A stretch of 64,000 nt of DNA, from assembly GCA_013239625.1 (NCBI GenBank), contig MU054212.1, positions 4,074,650 to 4,138,649 on the forward strand. The letters run 5' to 3'. Below the pieces are notes generated by a model that worked only from the letters and a program-made list of their open reading frames with translations, searched no databases and had not been told where the DNA came from. Of this stretch, positions 38,810-50,270 are shown in pieces. Position 1 is the first letter of the stretch. Every line of letters begins with the position of its first letter. The stretch is from Lama guanicoe (Eukaryota). Position numbers and translations under genes: made by a program.

Positions 38810-39505
38810 GTATATTCTGAAAGTTCAGCCCTTGGCAGTCTTATCTTTTGCAAATATTTTCTCCCAGTCCGTACGTTGGCTTTCATTTTGTTTATGGTTT
38901 TCTTTGCTGTGCAAAATCTTGTAAGTTTAATTAGGTCCCAATTGTTTATTTTTGTTTCTATTGCCTTGGTAGACTGGCCTAGGAAAACATGGCTACAATT
39001 TACATCGGAGAATGATTTACCTATATTCTCTTCTAGCAGATCTATGGTTGTCCTGGCTTAGGTAGAAGTCTTTAAGCCATTTTGAGTTTATTTTTGTGTA
39101 TGGTGTGAGGGAGTGTTCTAATTTCATTGATTTACCTGTGGCTGTCCAGCTTTCCCAACACCAGTTGCCAAAGAGACTGCTTTTTCTCCATTGTATATTC
39201 TTGCCTCCTTTGTTGAAGACTAATTGACTGTGTGTGGGTTTATTTCTGGGCCCTCTATTCTGTTCCATTGATCCATATGTCTGTTTTTCTGCCAATACCA
39301 TGCTGTTTTAAATTACCGTAGCTCTGTAGTATTGTCTGAAGTCTAGGAGGGTTATGCCTCCAGCTTCGATCTTTTTCTTCAGTATTGATTTGGCAGTTCA
39401 GGATCTTGTGTGATTCCATGTAAATTTTAGGATTATTTGTTCTATTTCTGTGAAAACTGCCATGGGTACTTTGATAGGGATCCCATTAAGCCTGTAGATT
39501 GCTTT
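38810..39505 (-). mobile_element. Internal L1 ORF2 fragment (artiodactyl type) lacking 3' UTR and polyA
   Basis: Minus-strand peptide [46 protein letters not shown] is L1 ORF2; flanked by catcgta direct repeats. Confidence 0.92.
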
Positions 39506-41339
39506 TCATCGTACTTTTCATAAACCCCACTCTGTCTTCCCTGGACGGGCTGCAGTTCACTTCTGTACAGGCTGCAGCAGTGTGTTGTTCAGAGATGCTC
39601 AGCCTCTCTGCCCTACTCAGTGGCCAGAAGCTTCCGCTATTGTTGTCCTTTCTAAGACCACTACCTTTACATTCATCTTTTAAGTGTCTGCTAATACAAA
39701 TCTCTAGGTGAGGCAGAGGGGAGAAAAAGACTTCTGCATTCAAGGAGCTGATAGAGGAGTAAAGAAAACGGGTCATCAGAGCATTATTCAGAAGTACTTA
39801 GAGAGACAGGTACTGAGGGAGCGCACGGGAGCTATCTAACCTGTCTCTCTGGATTAATTTTTGTTTTCCACTTCACCAGAACTATGACTCAGAAGGACTA
39901 AATCCAAAATTCTGCTCCAGGATTTCTGTCACCTTCAGCCCTTTGCCTCTTTCTTGTACATTATATGTTTTCCACAGGTACAGCAGCATTTAATCTCAGC
40001 AACCAAGCTGTACTTAGGTCTACATTTTTCTACAGACACGTTCTTGGTTCCATCCTTTGTGAGAAATTCACGTCTAGCACCTAAATGCTCAAATAATCCC
40101 CTAAAGCCCTCTTTCAAAGAAATTCTAATTTTTGTCAATTATGGCACAAAAGATAACCTTGTTAGAATACTTGCTACCATGCTCTATCTTACTTATGATT
40201 TCTTGGGAAATACTGATTTATCACAGAATATGTGGATATCTCTGTGTTAACCTTGGGTTAAAAATATTACTTAATCTATAGAATTTTCTTGGAGACAAAA
40301 AAATATATAAAATGCTTAAATATCCAAATAATACAGAATGAGTCATCATTAAATTAGTGATACATATAAAAACTGTAGTTAGAATTCAAACAGTCATTAA
40401 ATGATTGCAAGCTTCTAGGGTGGAGGAAGCACCCATTATTAGTTAGATATGAATGTCTTGTCTTTACTTAACGCCTTACAAGGAAACTCCACGTGGCCTT
40501 TTCCTAGACAGTCAGTTCATTTCAGACCAAAGGCATTAGTTGGCTGTGGCAAGTGAAACAAACCCAAGGTTAATAATGTCTGTATTGAGGTTTTATTTCG
40601 ATTCCAATGTTTTAAATTCAATCTCTGCCTTGTCATTTTCCAGTCTTTTTGGTAACAGCCTGTAAGAAACAATAAAGCACATTATTATTTTTTTAAACCA
40701 GGACTAGTGACCTGAAATATTATTGTGACAAGTAAACTCTGGTGCTGTAGGGGGAAGTGCCCTTCAAGCTCATGAATCCAATTACTGAGTGGACTTTCTC
40801 CTGGTGGAATTCTATAGTTTCAACTCATAGATGCTTCTACTGTCCAGTGGGGTATCGACAGCTGAATGATGACATGTGTTGAGACCACTTTTGCCCCCAC
40901 TCACTAAAACTTGTAGTGAATAAGTTCTTACCTAGTTTACTTGCTACAGTTCTTTTGGAAGACTTAATTGGTTATTTGATGCCCAAAGGACTCTTTTGGA
41001 AAGATGTGTAAAAGACCCTAAAGATTCAGAAGAAAGAGCTGTTTTATGTTTGATGATTGTGTCTGCCTTGAATCAAACACTTTTTATGCTTTATACTTTT
41101 TGGGGGGCATCTAGTTTGTTAGTGAGGGAAATACAGAAACAACACTGTTCCATAACACTGTCCAATCATTGCCTGATTAGAAATGCAAAATTAATCAGTA
41201 GGAAAAAGTAGCAGACAATAAAAGATCATATGTTTTGACAATGCAACGGCTTTTTATTCATCCCCCTCTCCTCAATAAAAGTAGTTCTGATATTTGTGGC
41301 TTTGTTTTGTGTATAAGCTCACCAGAAATCAGCCATCGG

Positions 41340-41726
41340 TTGAGTCTGATGAGAAATTTCCTAGGTGAAGGAATCTACGAAGATGACCACACTTAGGAAG
41401 GATGATGGAGGATGAAGTGTTCCAAGTTAAGGAAGTAACATGAGCAAAGATGTGATCTGAAAGTGAGCTGGGCACGCGCTGGGGAGGAGAGCCACTGACT
41501 GGAGCAGAGACTGCTTACTTTAGGTTTCAAGGAAGGATGTCAAGGTGGGAGGACAGATTAGGAAGGACCAAGGATCACATTTAGATTGATACCTGGGTCT
41601 ATGAGTTTGTATCCTATGCATTGGAGAGGCATTGGGAGTTATTGAGTGCTAAAGTGGCCCGGTGATACCTTATCTTAGAAGAATGAGTTAGGCCACCTAA
41701 TCTGATGGGAAAGGTGGAGGTCAGGG
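41340..41726 (-). mobile_element. L2 remnant
   Basis: gtgttccaagttaaggaagtaacatgagcaaaga; gagtttgtatcctatgcattggagaggcattgg. Confidence 0.65.
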
Positions 41727-42950
41727 TAGCAGTCTTCAAAATGGGGTATAAATACCCTTGAGGTTTCATGGAGACCTTTCAAGGACATGGTTCTAAGGAA
41801 GTTAATTACTGAATCCTCAACTTTCATTTTTATTTTTCTGAAAAGTGATCTGTGGTTGAGATGTCACACAGGGTCTCACCATGACCCCTCTCCTACTTTA
41901 AATAAGAACGGGTTTCCTCGTACCAATCTAGAATCTCATTCTGGCATACTGCTCTGGGGTGAACAGACTTCCTGCCTGTCAGACAAGGAGACAATCTGAA
42001 ATATTGTCATTGATGCTGAGAAAGTGAGAGCCGCTAACGAAGGGCCTGGTAAGGAGCCCTGAACAAGTGCTTTCCTGTGCACTTCTTTCAACAAAATGTA
42101 AAGAACCTAACCAGGTTGACGCTTGATTGATTATTAATTTTGATTTTGATAAGATGTGATTTTTTTTACATAAAACTTGGAGGCAGTTTAAATAAGTGAG
42201 TGATGTTACTACAGGAAAAAAAGAAGGATTTTTATTCCCAACTACTTATTTATTTGAGCAAGGCTGCCAAATGCTCCCTTCCACAAATAAGTGAAAAGAA
42301 TATAATTGATTTAGAACTGTGTCTTATTTTAGCAATAATTAATAAGTATTCACAGATACTGAACTGATTTCTAAAAATTTCTTTTACTAAGATATGCATT
42401 TCTCATAATATTTTACATTGTATGCTTACTGTTGATCAAAGTATCAGACACATTTATGTTGGTTCAATGAATTGTATACTAATTATCAAAATGTTTATTT
42501 AAATTAAATTAATATTTAAATATTTTAATAAAATTAATATCAGAATATTAATTGTCCCGGAAAGTAGAAATATATGGATGGGTTACCAATACAAAACTTA
42601 GTGCATAAAAATATATTATTTGAGGTGAAAATTTTGCAGTGAAATGGAGTGGAAATATGAATTCAAGGAGAAAAAGGAATGGTGTAAAAAAGTTTTGTCA
42701 TGTACTTTTAAAATGGATATTGGAAAGTATCAAATTGCTATGGTAATTTTCCATAGGATATATTTAAATAAGCTAGACAGGAGTTTTCTTTAAACAACCC
42801 AACATTTACAATATGTTGGAAATTACATCCTTGCAACTGCTTGAAGATACGTAAAAAAGTTTTAAATGTTAACTTAAAAATGTGAGAGGGCTGTATACCT
42901 TTAAAAAATTATGTTTGGAAGTACGTGAGCAAGATATTTGGAAGGGCTTG
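41727..42950 (+). mobile_element. hAT-Charlie DNA transposon (Charlie7-like), internally deleted
   Basis: Charlie-type ends (tagcagtcttcaaaatggggta... and ...gtacgtgagcaagatatttggaagggcttg); relic hAT dimerisation motif LFPTTYLFEQGC at 42232-42267. Confidence 0.78.
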
Positions 42951-44324
42951 TCCTAAAAATTCATTTACATATTATGCATATGGTTTTCACTCAGCTTGTA
43001 TGTTTTCCATTAGTAAAAATAATGTTTTCTGAAACTGCTCATATTCACTTTTTGCATAAGATTTAGAGAACATCGATTATTGTCCTGGATGGCAGCAGGG
43101 GAAGGAGGCTGAAGGAGCTGGAAGTGACAGAATATGCTCCCTCCGCATCTTGGAGGTTAAGAGAGGCATGAGGATGTCAGGACAAGGTGGGGGCTGTAGT
43201 CAGGGACATACAGGCATTGCAGTGACTATTTCTGTGCTTATTACTCAATACTTTCCATTTCTTGTCCTTTTCAGTTTTTTGTCATTCCAGGGCTTTCTAT
43301 TTTTATCTCCCAAACTAAATGCTGTGCTTTTAGAGAACCTGGTCTTTGTCTTAGATTCTTTTTGTACTTTTCCTAAACAGCTACTGTAGTCCTGGGCACA
43401 CAGTTGTGGACAACATATCTTTATTTGTTTAAATCCCTCCTCATTTCACTAAGAACACCTAAACCAGTGATTGATGGAGGAGTTAAAGGAGATGGTAGAG
43501 TCAAAACTAATACCCTAATCTTGAGCAAACAAGTTGAGGATAATGATTGTATTATTAAAAAGAGAGAAGTGTAGGATGGACAGTTTATTTGGCTATACTG
43601 AATTTGAGGTGAGCTTGGGGTCAGGGCTGCTGTTGGCCTAGAGGGACCTCCCAGTAAATTGGAAAAGTTGCTTCTGCTGGGTAAACAACTTCTGGATCCG
43701 TTAATTTCACTTTTATTTGAAGAAAGAAGCCCCTTTTCTTCAGGTACATGCAGCCCCGTGTCAAGTTTAGCAAGAAGAGTCATCTCTGTCCCTCTCTTGA
43801 TCCAGGGGTCTTTGTGCAGTGTGCTGACTGCACAACTGTGCTTGCCTCCCCTACCTGAGATAGGTAATTAACAGTTAACTTCAATTTATCAATATATATT
43901 TGCTTTGTTCAAAACAAGAAAACTTTCTACTGGCAAAAAATACATTGGGTTGTACTGTAATTTTAGGTGGGATCATGCTTAAGGATTTCCCACTGAATTC
44001 ATGTTAATATTTGTGGTCAACTCAAGTAAGTTCTAGCTGAAAGTCAGAGAACTTCATAGATACATCTGCCTCCAAATAGATACAGTATATATTTTATCTT
44101 CCTGCCACACACTCCTTTTTTCCCCTTTTCTCTTACTATGTCTAAAATTCACATTATTGGAGCAATCCATTTCAATCTGACAAATGCTAGGGTAGTAACT
44201 ATGAAATACCATGATTAAACAACAGATATTTTCCAAGGAGAAGAAGGACGATACCATGAATTAGTTTTATCTGTGAAAGAATTGTTCTTTAAGGAGTTTG
44301 ATCCTGAGCAGTGGAGAAAAGGCA

Positions 44325-44592
44325 TTTATTCATGTATCTGTTCATTCATCCAGCACACTATATTTTATATTTTAGGTACTGTCATTGGTATCAGAAAAAA
44401 AAAGTAATTTTTTCTCTCTTCTTAAGGCTCTCAATTCAGTGAAAGAGAAAGACATTTGCACTAAAAATGCAATGTAGTATTTGTATGTCTTTCACAGAGT
44501 TATGTACAAAGCATTGTAGCATGGGATAAAATCTAGGAAAAGCCAGTTCTGCTAGATGAGGAAGACTTCATTAAGAAAATACCATTTGAGTT
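44325..44592 (-). mobile_element. L2 3' part, first fragment of a split L2
   Basis: ttcattcatccagcacac start; ggaagacttcattaagaaaataccatttgag. Confidence 0.65.
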
Positions 44593-44994
44593 TGTTATGG
44601 ACTGAATGTTTGTGTCCCCTCTCCTCAACCTCCATCACCCGTGTTCATATGTTGAAATCTTAACCCCTAGTGTGATGGTATTTGGAGGTGGGTCTTTTGG
44701 GAGATAATTAGGGCTAGATTATATCATGAGGGCAGGCATTCTCAATGGAGTGGATGGCCTTATAAGGAGAGAAAGAGAGAGATCTCTCTCTCTCTCTGTG
44801 CATTCATGAGGAAAGGCCATGCGAAGATACAGTGAGGAGATGGCCGTCTGCAAGCCAGGAAGAGAGCCCTCACCAGAACCTGGCCCTGTTGGTGCCCTGA
44901 TCTCAGACTTCCAGCCTCCAGAATGGGGAGAAAATAACTGCTGTTTAAGCCATCCAGTCTCTTGTGTTTTGTTATAGCAGCCAGAGCTAAGACA
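44593..44994 (+). mobile_element. MLT1A-like MaLR solo LTR
   Basis: tgttatggactgaatgtttgtgtcccc ... gacttccagcctccagaa ... gttatagcagccagagctaagaca; TSD gagtt/gagta. Confidence 0.93.
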
Positions 44995-45010
44995 GAGTAG
45001 GACTTGAATG

Positions 45011-45525
45011 TGTAGTGTCTTATGGACTGTGTGCTGCGTATCTTCCACCTGACCTTGTGGATCTGCCTTCCGTGTCTCCCCGTCTTGCTCTCTGCTCCAC
45101 AAACCCATCTTGACGGGCTTCTTCTACAGGTCTCCTTGTTTGTGCTCTAACTTCCTATTCCTGAGCCTTGGAAGGAGACGGGAGGGAGGGCAGGGAATGA
45201 GGTTGTTGTATTTATTCCAAAGGCTTCCTTCTGGCAGGGTTGCCTCTGGCTGCCTGCCTCTTAATTAAAGGTCACTGCTTTCCTCAAGGTGATAGATCTC
45301 CAGGACCCTCTCCTGGTTTCCAGATTCTGCTCCCTGTCTTTTTTCTTTGGATCTTGGGATGCTAAGCCTCCTCACCCCATTGCTAGCCCCAGGGAGCTGC
45401 ATTCTCTCTTCTGGTTTATCTACATGCTGCCCAAACATTTGCAAACAGTCCCTTTATTAAACCCAGCTCCAAGCATCCTGATTTGAGTGCACCATCTGTG
45501 GCCTGCTGGGACCCTGACAGATACA
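45011..45525 (+). mobile_element. ERVL solo LTR (LTR33-like)
   Basis: TG...CA termini; 3' end agtccctttattaaac...tttgagtgcaccatctgt...gggaccctgacagataca; TSD gaatg/gactg. Confidence 0.82.
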
Positions 45526-45545
45526 GACTGGAAATTGTGAGAGGA

Positions 45546-46912
45546 TGTATCTAACTCACCCAGTAACTGTTAGCTGTTTTTCATGTGATATTGTTATAAT
45601 ATTTTGAAATGTCAAAAAATATTTCTTTCTTCCAATATTCCTTATGGTCACTTCACCATTCTCAATGAGAGCAGTTAGGCTGCTGGCTTCATTGCTTCAT
45701 GGACAGTTTTGTTACAGCCATAAGCAGAGAAAAAAAAAAACTTGGGGGTGGAAAATGCATAGACTCCAAAGGACTTAAGGCTTAGAAAAAAACTCTGATG
45801 AGTCAGACTAGATGAAGTTGAGAAGGAGGATTCATGAAATCTCAGCTTGTGGGTCAAAGAGGACATCACACCTTGCCCCCAACTCCCAGTGTTACCAAAC
45901 TAAAGTTGGTGTGCTCGACGCACAGTGAGGCCAAACAGACTGAATCATTGGAATATGGAGCAGAGAAAGGTTTATTGCAGGATCAAGCAAGGAGAATGGG
46001 TGGCTTACGCTTGAAAAATCTGAATCCTCCAGTGGTTTTCGTAGGAAACTTTTTATAGGCAAAATTAGGGGTGAGGACTGCAGGATGTGTGACTGTTTCT
46101 GATTGGTTGGTGGTGAGGTAACAGGGCGGTGCTCCAAGAATCTTGTGCTCAGCCTGAAGTTACCATCCTCCCCCTGGGTGGGGGCCTTAGTTCCTGCAGA
46201 AGAACTCAAAGATACTATCACATATATTCTTTGAGGAACCAGAACCCTGCCCCAAGGTTGCACTATTTTTTCTTGACTGTTCCTCCCTGGTCTCTGCATC
46301 CCTTCCCTGCCCTGATTAGCAACTGTTTGAATGGAGTACGCAAAGTATTTGTACTGGGGAGGACCCCAGAGGGTCCTGCTCCATTTCACCACCACCAAAA
46401 GGGTTAAATCTTGGTGGGAAAGGGTGTGCAGAGCCTCTGCAGGGGACCTGGGGCCTCCACATGCAGACATGATTATATATAGAGACATGACAGGACCCCA
46501 GAGAAGAAGTCACTATCTAGGAGATCTAGGCAGAATCAGACTCTGTCAGTTTTAGAGCAAGGCAGAAGTAGCAGAATAAATACTTGAATGACCAAGAAGG
46601 GCATGGACATAGCATGGATTTCCCAGGCTTGCCTGATGGAGGACCAAGGGCTAGGTAAAGATGGTACATGTATCAGGGCTACAGGCATGGGCTGAGAAAG
46701 ACCACTGACAACTGCCCCTTGCAGTGTGAGTGTCTCAGAACTAACATAGCCCCGAGGAGGTGGTAAAAGGGAGATGGATTCATGAATGGGTTAACAGTAA
46801 ATTTTCACTCCCCAGAAAAATAGAGCTTAAAAAAGAAAATTAATTTTAGTTATGCTAAAATGTTATATTTCTTGCATGCCCAAGATTGTGGGCAGTGAGT
46901 CATACCTACTAT
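45546..46912 (+). mobile_element. Ancient Gypsy-like LTR (MamGypLTR-like), split by an ERV1 LTR
   Basis: 3' end gttatatttcttgcatgcccaagattgtgggcagtgagtcatacctacta resembles MamGypLTR ends; 5' boundary uncertain. Confidence 0.5.
45890..46388 (-). mobile_element. ERV1-class solo LTR (artiodactyl type)
   Basis: TGTTACC...TTTCA termini; minus-strand AATAAA (ggtttattg), TATA (ttttata) and CCAAT (gattgg); TSD ccag/ccac. Confidence 0.9.
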
Positions 46913-46939
46913 GTGTTATTAATATAATGACTATTATTA

Positions 46940-47102
46940 GTGAAATGAGCAGGGATGGAGAATCCTCTAGGCAGAGATGATAGTATATTCTAGGGTGAAG
47001 AGGTCTGAGAGAGCATCACTCTGTCAAGGAACTTCCAGTGTCTGGAGTTGGATGAGTGAGAAGTAGACCATGAGGGTAGATTTCCAGTAGGGGACCACAC
47101 TA
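46940..47102 (-). mobile_element. L2, second fragment of the split L2
   Basis: ctctaggcagagatgatagtat...gaggtctgagagagcatc...aaggaact follows the 44325 fragment in L2 consensus order. Confidence 0.55.
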
Positions 47103-47114
47103 AGAATAACAATA

Positions 47115-47747
47115 ACAGTATCCAAGACATGGAAACAACCTAAGTGTCCATTGACAGATGACTAGGTAAAGAAGATGTGGTATGTTTATACAATGGAATA
47201 CTATTCAGCCATAACAAAGAATACAGTAATGCCATTTGCAGCAACATGGATGGACCTGGAGATCGTCATTCGAAGTGAAGGAAGCCAGAAAGAGAAAAAA
47301 ACAACAACTATATGATATCACTTATATGTGGAATCTAAAATAAAAGACACACGAACTTATTTATAAAACAGAAACAGACTCACAAATATAGAAAACAAAC
47401 TTATAGTTTCCAGTGGGGGAAGGGAGTAGGAAGGGATAAATTGGGAGTTCGAGGTTTGCAGATAGTAACTACTGTATATAAAATAGATAAACAAGAAGTT
47501 CATACTGTATAGCACAAGGAACTATATTCACTATCTTGTAGTAACTTCTGGTGAAAAAGGATATGAAAATGAATATAGGTATGTTCATGTATGACTGAAG
47601 CATTGTGCTGTACACCAGAAATTAGTACAACATTGTAAACTGACTCTACTTTAATAATAAAAACAATATATATTTTAAAAATAAAATATATATTATATTC
47701 TATATATTATATATATACTTTAATATATATATATCCCCCCCAAAAAA
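47115..47747 (+). mobile_element. 5'-truncated L1 (ORF2 C-terminus and 3' UTR), artiodactyl/camelid type, with TA-rich decayed tail
   Basis: Encodes KTWKQPKCPLTDD*VKKMWYVYTMEYYSAI...FAATWMDLE (ORF2 C-terminus with a stop); same 3' UTR as 5249 and 59531; gaataac on both flanks. Confidence 0.95.
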
Positions 47748-47748
47748 T

Positions 47749-47956
47749 GAATAACCACTTGCCAAGCAGTTTCTATGTGGGAGGCCCTCTGCTAGTCACT
47801 ATAAATTCACGATTGCACTTAATGCTCCAGATAATCCTCATTTTACAGAGAGACACCAAAGCTAAAGAAGTTGGACCAGTGTATAAGACACACAGCTAGT
47901 AATGCTGGAACTGGCCCGCAAACCGAGGAGAGGGCAAATCTAAAACCCAAACTCTG
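47749..47956 (-). mobile_element. MIR SINE, target of the L1 insertion
   Basis: cctcattttacagagag...acacacagctagtaatg. Confidence 0.65.
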
Positions 47957-47979
47957 GGCCCCTGTTCGAACCTCCCTTC

Positions 47980-48300
47980 TCAGGAGAGATCAGGCAGTCA
48001 TGTTCCAGACTTGGAATTGCATTAAGTAGACATAAGAAAGTGCATTTACAGAGTTGGTGCTGAGGGGAGATTTGTGCTTTAAAGAGAATGTCCTGTTAAC
48101 AGTGGGTAGAAAAATCGCAGAGGCTCCGGACTGGAGGCAGGAGGACCAGCTGGGAGGCTTTATGGTGGGCCAGGCCAGGAAAGGTGATGAATTCAGGACG
48201 TGACAGAGGCAACAGAGAGTATGCGGCCACCCAAGGTGACCTTGGCACGAATTGGCTACAGATAAGAGGATGAAAGATTCCCAGGTTTCTGGCGTGTGCT
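47980..48300 (-). mobile_element. L2, third fragment of the split L2
   Basis: gactggaggcaggaggaccagctgggaggct; gattcccaggtttctggc. Confidence 0.75.
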
Positions 48301-48914
48301 ATTACAGAAGCAACAGCTTCGTACTTACTTGTGAATAATAATTACTTTTTAAAATATATAACCGTATTACTGTGATAGTTAAATAGGAGACAGGAATTGT
48401 CTTTTAAGGAAGAGGTGACCTTTGTGAAAACGGATGGGATTGGGACTTCCAGTGATGAAGAGCAGGCAGAAAGAAGACAGGAGAAGTCATGGGGAAAAGG
48501 GAGACAGATTTGTCAGAGGTTTATTTCCTAGTATGTTTTGAGTACTTTAGTTCAGACAACTTTGAGCTACATGCATGTGTTTCTCTCTAATTTATTGGTG
48601 CTTCTTTAAGTATAAATTATGATAAAGTTTGTCAAAGGAACGCTGCATACAAGAAAATGTACTGGAGAAGGTAGAAAAGGGCTTTGCTGATTCATGTAAC
48701 AGTGGTTAGTTTCCATTTATTTCAGAGTTGTGAATATGGAGTTCCAGTTCACACCTACACCCATAGTGAAACCAGGCTTCTTCTTGGAGACTAGAGGTAA
48801 CTAGCAATGACAGTGCATACCTGGGACGCTCTTGGATGTACACAGATCCAGGGAGGTATTACTGAATAAATCCCAGGACAGGCACGTGACTTCTGTTTGG
48901 TCCATAATACCAAC

Positions 48915-49135
48915 AGTGTAATAGGTCTCACATTTAACGATCTATTATGTGTTGAAAACTGTGTTACCTACTTGTGTGCATTATCCCTGACCCTGCCAAC
49001 ATCCTTGAAAACTAGATACTACGTTCATTTTACAGAGGAGGAAATTGAAGCTCAGGGAGATCATTACTTTGTAGGCACTGAAGTTGGGATTCAACCCCAA
49101 TTCTCCCAAATCAAAATTCTGGTCTTTCTCCTCTA
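48915..49135 (-). mobile_element. MIR SINE
   Basis: cattttacagaggaggaaattgaagctcagggag...gttgggattcaacccca. Confidence 0.8.
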
Positions 49136-50216
49136 TATTACACTGTTGCTATCTCAGTAAACTGTTGCATACATTCAGTGTGCTAAGAGAGGGATGGATT
49201 TGTCATAGAAATTGTTAATTTCAAATTATTTTATGGTTCTGAATATTTTCTGGTTTCGAAAGAGAAGAACATTCTGTGAAAGAATGAGACATGTGTACTC
49301 TTTTTATATTTCCCTTTCCCAAGGCAGGAGACTCAGCATCTGGTAATACAGGGGGAAAAATATCCAGAGAATGGTGTAGGTGCACAGAGGCCGTGAGGAT
49401 ACTTCGCCGGGATTTGCTCTGTATTGTTCCAACTAACGGGTTTAGCTCCAAACTTTCCTTTTGAACTTAATGCTATGTTACGTGGAAAAACGAAAACAAA
49501 AACAAACAACTGTCTCTTCTCATTTATTTAGGTTTCTAAAGGAGAATATTTGGTTATTTTAGGAATTGACAGAAATTCCATAGCATCCATGATGAACATT
49601 CTCCAAGGAGCCAAGTGGCTTTTAGCAGATTTTGAGCCTTCATTTGGTCTTGGCCTACAAATTCCATAATCCAACAGTACAGTTCTGAATTCTAGGCTCT
49701 GTTTTTGAGTTTTCACTCTCATCTGGAAGCCATTTGTTCTAAACTGTATAAAGGAGCCTATTTCAAACATAATTTATGTTCAATGTATAATTTCAGGTCT
49801 AGCTTGCAAAAGTGTTTTGAACAATAGAGTATTGAGTTGTGCTTTCTCTAAAAAAAAATAGGTGGGGGTTGAAGGCTTTTTATTTATCATAAAAAGACTG
49901 GTGCAAATGCCTTTGTATGGCATTGACAGAGGGGAGATAACTAGCTGTACTTTTTCTGGTGATCTTGGTGACATTACTTGTGTGACAGAGACTGCTTGAA
50001 GCCTATTATTGGATTGCAATATTCTGCTTCTTGAATCAGAGAGGACATAGGGGACAGAGAAGAGTGGGCAAGAGCTGCCATCAGGAGACAGAGTGCATCA
50101 GAAGATAAGCTGAGGTCTTAACCAGGGAGCTGCAGGAGGAAGAAGCTTTTCTTAATTCTTTCTCCACTCTCATTTAAATAATTTATACATATTGAATGTT
50201 GTTATACATGCATACA

Positions 50217-50270
50217 TATCTATGTATCTATGTATCTATCTATGTATGTATCTATGTATCTATCTATCAT
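50217..50270. repeat. Compound (TATC/TATG)n microsatellite
   Basis: Directly visible. Confidence 0.9.

Noticed and set aside
45892..46488. 198-aa minus-strand ORF
   Set aside because: Lies almost entirely within an ERV1 LTR; no gag, pol or env features
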